From positions 259,160,001 through 259,224,000 of the forward strand of contig OZ024743.1 of NCBI GenBank assembly GCA_964016885.1: a DNA stretch of 64,000 nucleotides, given 5' to 3'. A program made the position numbers and the translations under genes. Positions 43,248-58,642 of the stretch are shown here, one piece after another. The stretch is from Eledone cirrhosa (taxonomy: Eukaryota). The notes beneath the pieces are model-generated. The model had not been told where the DNA came from and made no database searches. It saw only the letters and a list, made by a program, of their open reading frames with translations. How positions within the stretch are numbered: the stretch's first letter is position 1; every line of letters begins with the position of its first letter.

Positions 43248-46081
43248 TGTATATATTGGGCCTTTCTGTTTTCTTTTATAACATTTATTAGATGCTTGTA
43301 TTTAATATGTATTCTGAAAATCGAAAACATAATGTTTCAATTGTACCATAAATGTGACATTTATATTACTTTAAATCTAACAAAAATATTTTAGCTCTAA
43401 TTTAATTGTTAACCTTAAAGACATCCTATATACATATATACGTACACACATACATCCACATACATAAATGATGTTTATATGATGGCGATGACTTCGATAC
43501 GAATATATCTAAATGTCGGCTCTTCTCCATCCGCCCTGTATGCATGCATACTGGGTACTAAGGTGACCGATCTGAGAATTGTAGATGTACCCATAGCGAC
43601 AGCAGGGAAATGTCTCTATATTTCTTGTTTTCACCGTGGCACAGCATTTCCGCTAGGCTCTGCTCTTCCCCAGACTGACACGACGATTCGTCTCAAATGC
43701 ACTGGTAGCCTGCCGGAAGGTGCAGTGCTAAACATTGCTGACGGCCGTCTGGGTCATTTTTAGCATGTTTTTGTCCCGCTTTTTGAGTTTCCTCAAGGGG
43801 CGTTTCCCATCTTAGTCTTAGGCTTAAAATAAAATGTTGAGCTTGCAATTGACGAGGTGATACAGATCGACATTCTGTACTTGAAATCTAATCTCCCTGG
43901 TGTGACACATATCCTTTTGATGATGCCGTCGCACAATTATCTAGTTGATTATGTGCAATATTTTAGGCTATGGGTGTATCCAGATCGATTTTAGCCAGTT
44001 TTCCTGTTGAAAGACTCCTGCAAGTCGTTCCCCCTCCTTTGATTTTCCCCTCCAGTGTACGGAACTCAAGGCGGTTGCAATTTGCAGTGTCAAGATTCGT
44101 TATAGCAAAGTTAATCGTGGCCCCAACTTTCATGACGCTTGGGGTATGCTTTTTCTTCTTTAATGTAGTTCGGCCACAGCGACGATGTATTCCAATACAC
44201 CCAAATAGGTGTATTGGAAACAAACGTTTTTAGAGCCATCTTTTCTAGGCTCTTCTCTGTGTGGAACCAGCAGTGGTATCCCTAAAATGGGATGCCAGGT
44301 CCTCCAGGCAGCTATCAGATGTTGCTATTGTCTCCGAGTCAACAACAGATGACATTCTGTCTTGAACCACCTACATATATGGTTGGGACTGCAGCTTCCA
44401 GTGACTTCTTTCGGTTGCCGTTTTACCCCTCTACCATCGTTGTAGGACTTTCATAAGATTTGTCAATGTGGGACATTGTAAGGTTTGACATGATATTTAT
44501 GCCTGTGCATTGAGATTTAAAAATGGGGTGCAGTGTGCACATAAATGGCTCCAACCTTTTGACCTGGGATTCGTCTGTCATATCCAGGCAATTTGGGACG
44601 GTGACAAGGTCCCCAGATTGTAGGATTTATTTTGGCGTGTCCTTCTTCAAGACAGATGCCAAATATAGCTGAGGAATCTGCCACTCATGTGAGGCTGGTT
44701 AGATTTGTAATCCGAGTTTCTTTCTACTAGATCGGCTGCCTCCTAAGGCTGGCGAATTCTAGCTGCCCGGAGCTATTTTGTTTTGAGGCGCCCCAAAACT
44801 CACGTTTCACACCTTCGTCATGTTTTAAACAGGGGTCGGCACGGAAATACAAGAAATAGGAGTTTGGTTAGGAGAGGCTGTTGGAGACGATATTTATATG
44901 AGGCATTGAGAAGGTGGTTCAACTCTTCTCTCTTTCCTGGCCATTCTAATCCCTTTCACCCCCATATACTTACAATGTCATACATACATATACACATACA
45001 TGCGTACATACATACGTACATTACATGCACACATATTTACATACACACGTACACACATGCGTGCATACACATGTACATACATACATATACACATATACAT
45101 ATATATACCTACGTAACCACATATATACATATGTACATATATACATATGTACATACATACATACATGGATTCATTATACAAAGATACATGCATATATAAA
45201 TACATACGTAAATACATACATACATACACACACACATCCATTCACACATATACTCATACATACGTGCATACATACGTGTATACATAAGTACGAACATTCT
45301 TTCATACATACATATATGCACACCCATACATAATACACATACATACGTACACACACATACATGCGTGCATACATATTACATTCATGCATACGTATACATA
45401 CATACAAACGCACATACATGCTTACATACATACATACATGCATACATACATAAACACATACATGCATAGACCCATCCAATATATATAAGCATTAAGAAAT
45501 ATTCTATTTAGCAACAATTATCATAAACATTTTACCTTATTAACTTTAGGTTGAAATCTTTCCAAATTTTTAAGATTATATTGCACTTAGCAAATAACTG
45601 CGCATCTTTCATTTTATTTAAAATATTAAATCAAGTTATATGAACGATGAGTATTTGATGAGGTCACTAAGAAGTTCACTTTCTGTTTCTGAAAATGCGT
45701 AGCAAACGTATCCTTGTTTAAATGCAATCATGATCCTTCTCTCACAAACAAACACCTAAAAGAGCCAGTATAATTCTCTTGCAGTAACGTCATAGTTTCA
45801 GGTCTGTCTGTATTTATTTACAGTATACATTTCAGATCACTGAACTCTCAGTTCAAATACCGCCGAGGTCAAATTTGCCTTTCATCCTTTCGAGATCGAT
45901 AAATAAGACACCAATCCAGTATTGGGGTCAATACTTCTTTTTCTTGCCCCATGTATATCGTTCTCACACACACACACACACACACACACGCGTACACACG
46001 CGCACACACACACGCACGCACACGCGCACACACACAAACATATACATACACACACACACACATATACATATACATACACAG

Positions 46082-46121
<40 letters not shown>

Positions 46122-46461
46122 GTGTTTTTTTTATCATTTATTTTGTTTTGTCCTGTTTAACTTGATTTGCTTTTTGGCTTAGGTGGTTGATGCTTTCTTG
46201 ACCACTATTTCAGTTTTGTATGGCCTCTTAACATATTGTTTAGCTCTGTTTTTTTTTTAAACTAAGGAGCGCTTTCCAGCATTATTTCCTGAGTTCAAAT
46301 CCCGCCGAGGTTCACTTTGCCTTTCATCCTTACGGGGTCGATAAAATAAAGTACCAGTAATGCACTGAGTAATTGCTGGCCTTGTGCCAAAAGTAGAAAC
46401 AATTATTTCTGATTTTTGCGTTTCGTTTCGCCTTTTCTACCCGCCGAAATGCGATTCTTGC

Positions 46462-46568
<107 letters not shown>

Positions 46569-47715
46569 TTTTTCTCTCTCTGTGGAAAAAATCAACTGTT
46601 CCGAACTGGAGAGTGATAGGTTACACCAGACTCAAATGCCTAAGTCCTGCTACGTTTCATGACGGTGCTCCTATGAATTCAAGGCCCATGGATGGATAGA
46701 TAGATGGAAGCTAGTTTAGGATTAAAAGCAATTTCAATCTGGTATGATATCGAATAAGAATGGAGAAAATGATTACAGTGAAATAATTGACGCTCTCTTT
46801 ATTGCTTATCCTTATTTCACAAATCATCAAGAGAGTGTTGGATTAGCAGACTCGTTAGAGTGTCGAACAAAATACTCTATGGTATTTGTTCTGGCTCTTT
46901 AAGTTCTCTGTCGAAATCCCACAGAGGTTTACTTTGATTTCAGCCTTCCAGGGTCGATAAAAAAGTAGGACCAGCCAAGCATCGGGATCGGTTATATATA
47001 TATAATTTTAGAAATAAATAATATAGAATAAATTTAACCCCCGGACTTCAATTCAAAACACTAATAAATGGGGCTAAATAATTATTGCAATCATGGCTGA
47101 GAAAGCGCATGGGCTTGTTAGTGTTTAGGAGTTGGGATCGATTACTTGACCATGAGGTAGGCTGTGTTTTTGAACAAGATGCTTTATTTTTCTATTGCTT
47201 TTCATGATAGGAATAAGGACCCGATCATTAGAACACACACGAGAAACCTCCTATGAGATACAACATGGTAGGGAGCAAGCTAAACTTGTATGGTCGGGAA
47301 TGGTAATAACAACGTGATAGGACTGGGGTCCCTATCATAAAACTCACTAGAAACCTCATGAGATGCAACATCGTGAAATTAACGTACAATGGCACAGTAT
47401 TCCACAAACACGTGTACCCTTAACATAGTTCTCAGGGAGATTCAGCGTGAAACAGAATGTGACAAGGCTGGCCCTTAGAATTACAGGTACAACTCATCTT
47501 TGGCAGTTGAGTAGACTAGAGCATCGTGAAATAAAGTGTCTTGAGTTCAACGTAATCCTGTTACAGAATTCTGCAAATAACAACTGATGAAATCGCCTAG
47601 TTTTGCATCATAATCAGATGATAGAGCTGGGCAATCGAAATATGTATAGTGCTTTCGCGGAATTAAAATACTAAAGTAAATTTTCCAGTTCGCACTTCTC
47701 TACTTGTTTTAATGA

Positions 47716-47758
<43 letters not shown>

Positions 47759-49088
47759 TAAAACAACTATATATAAATATAGTTTGCATTTCTTCCTATT
47801 GCCAATACATTGCAAAATTGTTCCATTTAAACAGCATTCTTTATAATTTAACATTGCCTTCAGTAAAATTAAATTGTAAAAAATATGTGCAAACGAAATC
47901 AAACAACCTCTTAAACATAACTACAAACAACATATTAATTTTAAACAATAGTGAATTAAAACACAAACAGACATACAAATAGAAGAAAATTAAATAGTTG
48001 CTATAGAATTCGAATGGAAAAGAATGAAAAGAATATGAAATCACTACACGAGATTATATCTTTAAATTAATGATTTAACAATAAGTTGCTTTAGCCAACT
48101 AATAACAAAATCGCTACACGTAACTATATGTATAAATTAGTGATTTAAAAATACGTTATGCCATAGCCAACTAATATCAACTGACATTAAGAGAGAATTA
48201 CACATATCTTTAATTTAGTTATGGCCATAACCAGATACATTAATTGAACTAAAAGAGAAGTGAAATGTGGTTTTTGAGATTATCAAATATTATGACTGGT
48301 TGTTTTATTTTGGCAATATTATTATTACTTTTAGTATTTTCGATGGAATCTAACAATTTGTCGCCTTATTGAACGAATAGCTATATCTGTCATTATTTAG
48401 TTGTTTCTATAATTCATTTTAATTCATTTAAATATTTTTTTAAAAGTATTTTTTGTCGTTTAATCTTTCATTATATTTAATATTTCTGTGTATAATTTCT
48501 CCCGGGCTTTCACTTCCTCCCCTCTCTCAGCTCTTTTTTGTATTTTACTTGAATAAAATGATTTGTGTTTGGCATGATGAATAGCATTTAAATTTCTAAA
48601 AGTGAAAATTTACAGACACGCATGCATACTCATACACACACGCATGCAGGCACATATACAGATACGCAAACACATACATCCTCACATTGACATTCTCGTT
48701 AAACAGAGTACTTATGCTAAACAACAACCTACATAATAGGGACTACATTAGGAGTTGGAACACATGAAGGATCATGTGACTAGAGTAGGCATCGACAACC
48801 TTTTTCGAGCAGTGGACTACATGAGATATGGTTTATCACACAGCGAACCGCACTACTAAAATATTCTCAAAACAATTTTGATATTAGGCTTGCCATTCTG
48901 AAAGAGAAACGAATTTATTACTCGACTAGAATGTCGCCTGAATCTAGTGACAAGGCTGAGGAGAGCTAAGCATGACCACAACTATAGTGACGTAACACCT
49001 ATACTATTTATTTCTCAATATATGCACATATTACATATATATATGACGGGTGCAGAACCATCACCACAGTATTTAGTATCCTTGACTT

Positions 49089-49256
49089 GCCCTACAACGT
49101 GCACCATCTTCTCTTAGCCCTACAATGTGCACCATCTTCTCTTAGCCCTACAATGTGCACCATCTTCTCTTAGCCCTACAATGTGCACCATCTTCTCTTA
49201 GCCCTACAACGTGCACCATCTTCTCTTAGCCCTACAATGTGCACCATCTTCTCTTA
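49089..49256. repeat. 28-bp minisatellite, 6 copies
   Basis: gccctacaa(c/t)gtgcaccatcttctctta. Confidence 0.95.
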
Positions 49257-50342
49257 GCTATGCGTCTTATTCTCCCAAATAAAATGTAATTAAATCGTAG
49301 CTATTTTTTTTCTCGTAGAAGCTGTGTATCAAGGATCATATTATCTGGGTTTTTTTTCTAAGATAGTTTGATTAGAGGGAGATTTTGTTGTTATTTCTAG
49401 CTAGTCAAATAACACCAAAGAGGGGCCTGCTTCGACTGATATGTTGTCCTAAGTTATATTTGTCCCATGCTAATTATCTATTTCAATGTGGACTATAATA
49501 TTTTGTGTTGAGAATCTTTATCTAAAGCACTGTACAGTAGAAAAGCTTGAGTAGATTCGATACTGAAGGTTTTCTCTTGTGTCTGGACACAATACTGATA
49601 TCACCAATTTCATTTCATTACTCAACTTACAGTAATGTACACTTGAAACAAATATGACTTTAACACAACAATCAATTTACACACATCAATAATTCGAATA
49701 TCTCTCCCTTCTCTTCCTCTCATACCACACACACGCCAATAATTCAAATGCTTCTCGTTTCCCTTATTCTCATACCACATATAATTACAAATATATTAAG
49801 GCTGGCTGAGAGATGACTTGAGGATGATATTAAACAAAGGAATATCGGCGGGGTGAGGTGGGGGTAGTGAACGAAATATTAAGATAAAACTTCATAGGCA
49901 GATGTTTACTGTATTTGATTCTAATTTCAATAGAAACTATTCATAACTGTCATTTTCTCTTCCAGTAAACCAATCGATTTATTATAATTATTATTTATTG
50001 AATTCCTTTGTCGCTCTCTTCAATATTTAAACTAACATTGATATTATTTATTGTTAATGTCACAAGTATAGCGTTTAACGGGTTCCTGTTAAATAATATG
50101 TATTTTCATTGCTCAAACATCCATGTTATAGTAAAGGCAACACCTGCTGCGTTACAGAAATATAGTTTACGGAAACTTGCGCTTACGAAAATTGTTACAA
50201 AGGACGACTAATGTTGCCAGCATAAAAAAACTAGGGTAAGTTTTAATAATTAAGACACATTTTTCTTAACCAAAGATCGCTTCACGGCCTTTTAGCAACA
50301 ATCAAAGTTCTGCTGTCGAGGTCTTGAACATTTTCCTATATA

Positions 50343-50392
<50 letters not shown>

Positions 50393-51009
50393 AACATAAA
50401 TTATCGAGAATCGCATTTCGGCCCACGAAATAACGAAAAACAACCTCCGAGATGTGTGGCAAGTGCTCAATGATTCAGATGAACCAGAGCTATAACAAAC
50501 GTTAAAGGCCAAACACACTGAGACGATGGTTAAACAATCATTTGCATAGCCAAAAATACGATCAAGTAATTCGGGTCAAACAAATAAAAAATATCTGTGA
50601 TTATATATATATATAAAAGGAAAACAGATGAAATCGAAAATGCAACTGGAGTTTTTTTCAGAATATTTATTTGGCTCCTTTACCGGTTTCGCAGTTCTTA
50701 TGCTTTTCAAAAGTAGAATTGAGATGGAGGGTTTGTGGTTTTTCTCGTATCTGGTTGGTGTTTGAATTTTACTTCTGTTTTATGTGGAAAAAGGTGGTTC
50801 GAAATGCTAGGTTTTTTTAGAAGAGTAATTTGGTTGGTTGATGACTGTCACGTGAATAAGTATAATAACTTTCGCGCCAGTTCGCGTTACAAAGTTCTAA
50901 TATTTGCTTTAAAAAAGAGGGGGGGGGGACTCAGATTGTTTTTTTATATATGAGTGAAATTTGGTTGGTTGATGTAGTCACGTGAATAAGCACATAAACT
51001 TTCGCGCCA

Positions 51010-51266
51010 AAGGATGCAATGAAGATTATATAGGACAAACTAAACTCACACTCAGAAACAGAATGACAATTCATCGCCAACAATTACGAGACCCTACCAC
51101 AAGACAGATACCATTCAATGCACATCTAGAGATATGCGCAAGCGATAAGACACCCAAATTTCAAGTCTTTCCACTTTATTTTTGCGCTGAACAAATACGA
51201 ATAAATACGAATAAATAAGGAAAATATGTTTATTCAAAAATATAGACCAGCATTAAATATAGTTTA
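51010..51266 (+). pseudogene. PLE GIY-YIG endonuclease C-terminal fragment (frameshifted)
   Basis: GCNEDYIGQTKLTLRNRMTIHRQQ..AHLEIC..then KENMFIQKYRPALN* in another frame. Confidence 0.88.
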
Positions 51267-51473
51267 ATATACATTATGTCAACACCATAACATGCTAACC
51301 ATCCAAACATACACATACATACACACACACATAACACCTTCTATATTCGAAAATAAAAACCAGAGCTAAATAAACCTTCACATACATTAATACTCTAACA
51401 CCTTAACATGCTAACCATACCTCCCCCCACACACATAACTCCCTTCACCATTTCTACTAACGGAATCATTTTC

Positions 51474-51512
<39 letters not shown>

Positions 51513-52236
51513 TATATATTCTCTCCATCTTAACATGCTAACCATACTCCCACACACACATATAACACCCATAGACACACACACACATAACTCGCTCCCC
51601 CATTTCTACTAATAGAATCATTTTCCTACACACACACACACACACCAGCACAAAAATAAAAATACATATCTCTACTTTCTTTATTTCAATAGAAAGTCTG
51701 AATTTTGACACACCAGCACATCAGCCATACTCACTGAACCAGAACAATTCTCCTCCATCCCTTTTTTCTTGACCATTATCTTTTGTGTGGCACAACATTC
51801 TCTAAATGGGTACAAAAAAATTCCCAAATACGGGCGCAAAATTTAATGTACTTATTCACGTGACAGTCATAACCAATTATATTACATTTATAAAAAAAAG
51901 CTTTTTGAGCCACTTTTTAAGTGAAAAGAAATTCAAACACAAACTGGCACGAAAGCTGATGTGCTTATTCACGTGACTACATCAACCAACCAAATTTCAC
52001 TCATATGTGAAAAAACAATATGAGCCCCCTCCCCCCCTTTTTAAAAGGCAGATATAATAAGAATTTTGTAACACGAACTGGCGCGAAATTTATTATACTT
52101 ATTCACATGACAGTCATCAACCAACCAAATTACTTCTCTAAAAACCTAGCATTTCGAGCAACATTTTTCCACATAAAACAAGTAACATTCGAACACCAAC
52201 CAGATGAGAGAAAAACCGCAAACCCTCCATCTCAAT

Positions 52237-52272
52237 TTTTTGAAAAGCATAAGAACTGCGAAACCGGTAAAG
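52237..52272 (+). ncRNA. Minimal hammerhead variant with U3-A8 core (family F; also 50678-50713 - and 53989-54024 +)
   Basis: (c/t)tt-TTGAAAA-gca(taagaac)tgc-GAAA-ccggt-A-aag; palindromic ACCGGT stem III; lies in the pseudo-LTR. Confidence 0.7.
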
Positions 52273-52515
52273 GGACCAAATAAATATTCTTAAAACACTC
52301 CAGCTGCATTTTCGATTTCATCTTTTTTTCTTATACTTTCACTGGTCTAGGACATCTCGTCTTTTTTCATTTTGGAAAAAAAACCTCATTTTCTAATATC
52401 TTTCTGCTATATCAAGCGTTAACCCAATATATACCTTCCATATACTGTACCGATTGTGTTGTTATTTCTGTTTGCCTTTTACATACAGACACACACACAC
52501 ATATATATATATATA

Positions 52516-52948
52516 GGTATATCTTGCAAAAATATATGCCTGCTATTAGCTTTCACTCTGTTTAATGGCAAGAGACGTGTCACGGGAATATACGAACAAA
52601 AATCTTTTAAATTGAAAAGTATATATATATAAGTATTGAAGTTTCCGTTGAAAATTGAAAAAGTCATAGGAGTGAAGAGTGCTCTATGTAAGTACCAGAG
52701 CAAAATTTAATGTATAATAAACAATACAATATAATTACCTCATTACCAGAGGTTTTCCGAATAAGACGAATACGAAAAACGTCATCATTCGTTCATCGGG
52801 CAAGGCAATTTTGTATGTATATATATATATATACATACAGACATTTCAGTTTAATAGATTTATATTCGTATACTCCCGTGACACGTCCCTTGCCATTAAA
52901 CAGGGCAAAATCTAATAACAGTCACATAATATTTTTGCAAGATATACC
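52516..52948. repeat. Diverged inverted repeat with arms of about 105 bp
   Basis: ggtatatcttgcaaaaata..gacgtgtcacggga (52516-52620) versus tcccgtgacacgtc..tatttttgcaagatatacc (52842-52948). Confidence 0.8.
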
Positions 52949-53201
52949 TCAACACCGATTCCCTAAACTCATCAGATATTTACATGATCTTTGACATCTC
53001 AGATTTGGTTGTCTAAAAACATCGAAGTTGTGTTTATACAAATGTACAAACGACTGTCTCTTCCTAAGTTTTAGATAAAGTGATAAATCAATCAAGTAGG
53101 AACAAAGTAAACACAGATTAAAACAGAATAACAAGATAAATATAGAAGTAAATAAAATTAATTAAAGAGATTGCTTTTAAGACTATATGCAATTATAGTA
53201 T

Positions 53202-53312
<111 letters not shown>

Positions 53313-53432
53313 TTTTCCAACATCCTATTTCTTCGGACTATACTATTTTCTGATGAATGACAAATGTCCGATATGTTGAAACATTCACTTTCTTTTTCCA
53401 ACAAGCTTGAAACTAAGACTTTATGTAATTGC

Positions 53433-53506
<74 letters not shown>

Positions 53507-53511
<5 letters not shown>

Positions 53512-53935
53512 TAAACGGAATAGAAAATGCTGACAAATTGTTCGCAGTGAAAAATAGTTTAATTAGGAATAAGTGAGAATTAGTAATACTATTGGTTAGT
53601 ATTCAGTTTTGGTTTTAAGTTTTGCCGGTTGCGCATTTCTAATGCTTTTCAAAAATAATTTTGAGATAGAGCGTCCGTGATGTTTGCTCTGAGAAAACAT
53701 CACTGAGCAAAGATCAGAGCAAACATCACGGACGCTCTATCTCAAAATTATTTTTGAAAAGCATAAGAAATGCGCAAGCGGTAAAATAAAAACCAAAACT
53801 GAATACTAACCAATACTATTACTAATTCTCACTTATTCCTAATTAAACTATTTTTCACTGTGAACAATTTGTCAGCATTTTCTATTCCGTTTACCAATAT
53901 ATCATAACTTGTGTGTTACACCTCTATTCTTTTAA
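53507..53935 (+). mobile_element. Fold-back element with arms of about 185 bp and a degenerate U3-A8 hammerhead
   Basis: 53507-53692 is inverted at 53714-53900; ttTTGAAAAgcat(aagaa)atgcGCAAgcggta; (TA)n flanks. Confidence 0.75.
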
Positions 53936-54155
53936 ATATATATATATGTGTGCGTGAGAAAAACCACAGACCCTCCATCTCAACTCTACTTTTGAAAAGC
54001 AGAAGGACTGCGAAACCGGTAAAGGAACCAAATAAATATATATATTTTTTTAAAAATAAGACTCCAGTTGTATTTTCGATTTCAACTTTTTTTCTTTATA
54101 CTTTCACTCGTGTAGGACACCTCGGTTATTTTTCATTTTGTAAAAAAAACCTCAC

Positions 54156-54195
<40 letters not shown>

Positions 54196-54199
<4 letters not shown>

Positions 54200-54610
54200 C
54201 AGGTAAAAGGATGATTAACACGGATAAGTAATATAATAGCGAGGGCGATATAATAGGGTTTTATTCCTAGCATTAACATATGTTTCATCGCCTAATAAGC
54301 AATTAATTATGTCTTGAAATCACTATCGTCAATTTTTGATTGGCTATTTAAATACACTGCATTGTTTTGTGTATTTAAAATCGAATTTCACATTAGCCAA
54401 TCAATTATTGACGATAGCAATTTCATGACATAATTAATTGCTTATAGGGCGATGAAATATTTCAAGACATAATTAATTACTTATTAGGCGATGAAACATA
54501 TGTTAATACTTGGAATAAAACCCTATTATATCGCTTATCCGTGTTAATCCTTCTTTTACCAGTTATTAACATCAGGAATCTACCCTCCGAAAAACCTAAC
54601 TAAGTAAGCA
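54196..54610 (+). mobile_element. Fold-back element with internal duplication, probable PLE 3' end
   Basis: 54196-54346 is inverted within 54394-54566; duplicated gacataattaatt..gcgatgaaa; (TA)n flanks. Confidence 0.7.
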
Positions 54611-54799
54611 TCTATATATATATATATATATATATGGTGGATCCTGAGGTACTTGAATTAAATTTGTCATTATTGCCACGTATTGTTCGCACTGTAGTTG
54701 TTGTCAACTTTAAAGAGTAATGGGTATTTTGAAAGGTTTAAGAAACCATCTAATTTGCAAAACATTATAATGATCAGCGAAGCTACCAGTGCTAATACA

Positions 54800-55500
54800 G
54801 AGGCTGATAACTGTCCAGAAGAATTATGAAAAATATTATTGAAAGACGCTATACTTCAGATACTTGATCAAATAGTACTTTTTTATTTGGAAGCGCATAC
54901 GTGTTGGGATTTTTATTGCTCGCGAAAGAAAAAAGCAACACAATACTTTTATGCTTCCAAAATTTATCTGACGTTTCTTGCGAGAAGAAATGCTGCTGGT
55001 GTTATGAAAGTAAAGCCCCTACCATGTATCACTCCAAAAATTTAAAAGATTCCAAGGCTTACGCTAGGATTACATAAAAGGACATGGATTAGCAAGAGCT
55101 TTTCGAAGACTAGTTTCAAAACCAATTCGTCCGGCTGTAAAAATTTACAGTGCCAGAGATATTATTTCCAACAAAGCTTTGTGATTTTTAGATAGTGCAC
55201 TAACCAACATGTGAACTTAAATAAAAGAGTTTTCTGATAACGTGAGAGTAGAATACAAATTAGAATACTAAAATTACAAATTCTTTGATCTAGCCAATGG
55301 ATCAATGGGTAATAGGTAACTCTAAGGCATATTATTTGAGAAGCAAATGATGGGAAAGAAAAACATGCAGTCAGAGACTTCTGGAATAAAGTTCAACACT
55401 ACGGGTGCTGTGGATAGCATATGTAAATCATGGGATGAAGTGAAATACTCGGCTATGAATGATGTGCGGAAAAACTTCTTTGAATTGACAATGATTCCGC
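54800..55500. mobile_element. Very decayed CR1-like LINE remnants
   Basis: Weak peptide similarity only (FLARRNAAGVMKV on +; TAPVVLNFIPE on -). Confidence 0.3.
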
Positions 55501-55559
55501 TAGCATAAACCCTCGTAGACACACACGGAGACACACGCACACGCACACACACATATATG

Positions 55560-55627
<68 letters not shown>

Positions 55628-55859
55628 TATACATGCATACATGCATATATTCAGTCTACTTAACTCTGTTTATATGTTAAAACATGTTTGGATATTCATA
55701 TTTGTACATATTTATATGTTAATTACCATATTGCAAGTCAACGACCTTAGAAGAAAACTGTGCAGGAGTGGAATTTCAGGGAGAGAGTGACATTCTGAGG
55801 AGAAGTAGTGGTAGGTTTGGAGAATGGATGAGAAGTACACGGTATAGGTGACGAGATGG

Positions 55860-56750
55860 GAAACGAATGAGTCGGATCAAGTAGCTCCAAGAAACAGCGA
55901 TTAGTGTAGTATCTGTTTAGAGGCAAGTAGAGGAGGTGACACTGGATCAAGTAGCTTCAGTGAACAGGCATCAGTTTGGTATCTGTTAAGAGGCAGGGAG
56001 AGGACATGACATTGGATCGCGTAGCTCCAAGAAACAGGGATCTATGTGGTATCTGTTAAGAGGCAAGTAGAGGAGGTGACACTGGATCAAGTAGCTTCAG
56101 TGAGCAGGCATCAGTTTGGTATCTGTTAAGAGGCAGGGAGAGGACATGACATTGGATCGCGTAGCTCCAAGAAACAGGGATCTATGTGGTATCTGTTAAG
56201 AGGCAAGTAGAGGAGGTGACACTGGATCAAGTAGCTTCAGTGAGCAGGCATCAGTTTGGTATCTGTTAAGAGGCAGGGAGAGGACATGACATTGGATCGC
56301 GTAGCTCCAAGAAACAGGGATCTATGTGGTATCTGTTAAGAGGCAAGTAGAGGAGGTGACACTGGATCAAGTAGCTTCAGTGAGCAGGCATCAGTTTGGT
56401 ATCTGTTAAGAGGCAGGGAGAGGACATGACATTGGATCGCGTAGCTCCAAGAAACAGGGATCTATGTGGTATCTGTTAAGAGGCAAGTAGAGGAGGTGAC
56501 ACTGGATCAAGTAGCTTCAGTGAGCAGGCATCAGTTTGGTATCTGTTAAGAGGCAGGGAGAGGACATGACATTGGATCGCGTAGCTCCAAGAAACAGGGA
56601 TCTATGTGGTATCTGTTAAGAGGCAAGTAGAGGAGGTGACACTGGATCAAGTAGCTTCAGTGAGCAGGCATCAGTTTGGTATCTGTTAAGAGGCAAGGCG
56701 AGGAGGTGACACTGGATCACGTAGCTCCAAGAAGCAGGGATCAGTTTGAT
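55860..56750. repeat. 120-bp higher-order minisatellite made of two related 60-bp subunits, about 6.5 units
   Basis: Sequence recurs exactly every 120 nt; subunits share tggtatctgttaagaggca..gagga..tgaca.tggatc..gtagct. Confidence 0.95.
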
Positions 56751-56913
56751 ATCGGTTGGAGAGACTAGGATAGACTAGGATAGACAACCCATCCGTGGAG
56801 CAGAATGTGCAATGTATTTTTGAGTGATTTCATGTCAATCAGTTTAATTATTACCAGAAAAATGAGACAATAAATGTTTATCCTAATTGTTTCAATATTT
56901 GACATAAGATTTT

Positions 56914-56979
<66 letters not shown>

Positions 56980-58440
56980 TGTGTGCGTGCGTATGTGTGT
57001 ATATGCATCTATGTGTGCGCATGTGCGTGTGTGTGTGTGTTGGACATCCCTTCCGATGACGACTGTTCCAAATGTTTGATCAACGGGACAGCCTGTGAGT
57101 GGAATTAACGTGTACGTGGTTAAGCAATCCACAGACCCATATACCTTTAAGATTATTCTCAGGAACATTAAGTGTGACACAATGTGGCACAGTGTGACAT
57201 AGTGTGACACAGTGTGACACAGTATATGTCAAGGCTGACCGTTTGAAATACAAATACAACTCATTTTGTCCAGCAAACATGAAATAAAGTGTCTTGTTGA
57301 AGGACACATTTCAAAGAATGAACATAAAGACAATTCAAATGATTCAGCTAAAATTTCCCACTGATGACTATGATTATTCCTTAGCGACAAACATTAATTT
57401 TTAAGAGAATGAAACATAAAACTATGTTTCACCGACACTAACCATAGTTATTTAGCGTTGTTTTCTTCTTCAATTTTAATTTTATTTGTCGTCTTCACTT
57501 CTATTTCATCTTCTCTAATTACATCTTATTCTCTGTCCTTTCTTTCTATTTTCTTTTTGTTTCTCTTCTTGCAATAGCCCGCCCCGATATTTGCGCTTAC
57601 AATACGCAATTGAATTATATTCCAAATATTTGATAATAGCAAAATACAAATTACCAACAACACAATTGTAATGCAATTGTAATGCAAAAATTAAAACCTT
57701 CCAATTTAAGATAATGAGAACGGCCATGTAGCTATTGTTGATGGTGATTTTGCCGATGGCAAACATTTCAGTTTTCTCAGGTGAAGCTAATTCAGAAGAA
57801 GCTAACATTATAGTCTGTTAATTTTAATAAGAGATAATAATGAGATATTTTCATTGTTACAGAACTGACATTCATTTTAACGATACCAATGATTTTTTTC
57901 TAAGATAGGCACAAGGTTAGTAATTATGAAGGTGGGAATAAGACGTCAAATCTATTCCACACTTGACTTGTAATTTATTTTATTCATCTTAACAGGAGGA
58001 AAGGCAAAATTGATCTCGGATTGATTTGAACTCAAGACATAAATATTCCGAACAAACACCACAAGGTATTTTCTCCGACCTTCTAATAATTGTGCCAGTC
58101 AAAAATAGCTTGTAATTTAGACACAAGGTCAGAAATTTAGTGGAAGGAGAAAGTCAATTAAATCGACCCCAATACACAACTGGTGCTGTATTTTATTGAT
58201 CTCAAAAGATGAAAGGTAAAGTTAATTCCGTTGGGATTTGAACTCAGAATATAAAGATTTGGAAGAAATACCGTAGGGCATTATGTTCTCCACTCTATCG
58301 ATTCTGTTAGCCATATTCTAATAACAGCAAGAATACTAGAATCGAAATAAAAACGGAAATATTTAAATTTTCATTCATAAATCGTAAACACAGATATGTA
58401 TGCATGCATACATTCGGCTCCATATATATATAATATATAT

Positions 58441-58513
<73 letters not shown>

Positions 58514-58642
58514 GTTTCTGAATTTGTTTAGCAAGATTCTTTATCTGAAAACGTGTGTTGAAACCGCTATCTTGTTTTTGTAAAAACAAGATGGCGTAGG
58601 ACAGAACCAAGGAGAGGCACAAGACAAAGAAAAGAATCCCCA

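Larger units (their letters stand above)
50616..52400 (+). mobile_element. 5'-truncated Penelope-like element with inverted pseudo-LTR (family F)
   Basis: 50616-51009 is inverted relative to 51945-52335; a GIY-YIG fragment lies in between; further 3' copy at 53955-54162. Confidence 0.9.

Noticed and set aside
43480-44600. Higher-GC segment with short ORFs (also 41160-41900), possible LINE ORF1 remnants or exons
   Set aside because: No motif I can identify with confidence and multiple stops; left unannotated.
48785-48870. Possible hAT-like terminus (taggcatcgacaacctttt)
   Set aside because: No matching second TIR or 8-bp TSD found.
52969-52977. Minus-strand CTGATGAG beside an inverted repeat
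   Set aside because: No matching stem II and GAAA found downstream.
53351-53392. CTGATGA...GAAAC candidate hammerhead
   Set aside because: Stem II is poor, and no stem III or stem I complement follows.
57361-57400. CTGATGA followed by a small stem
   Set aside because: No GAAA in position and no stem I or III pairing.
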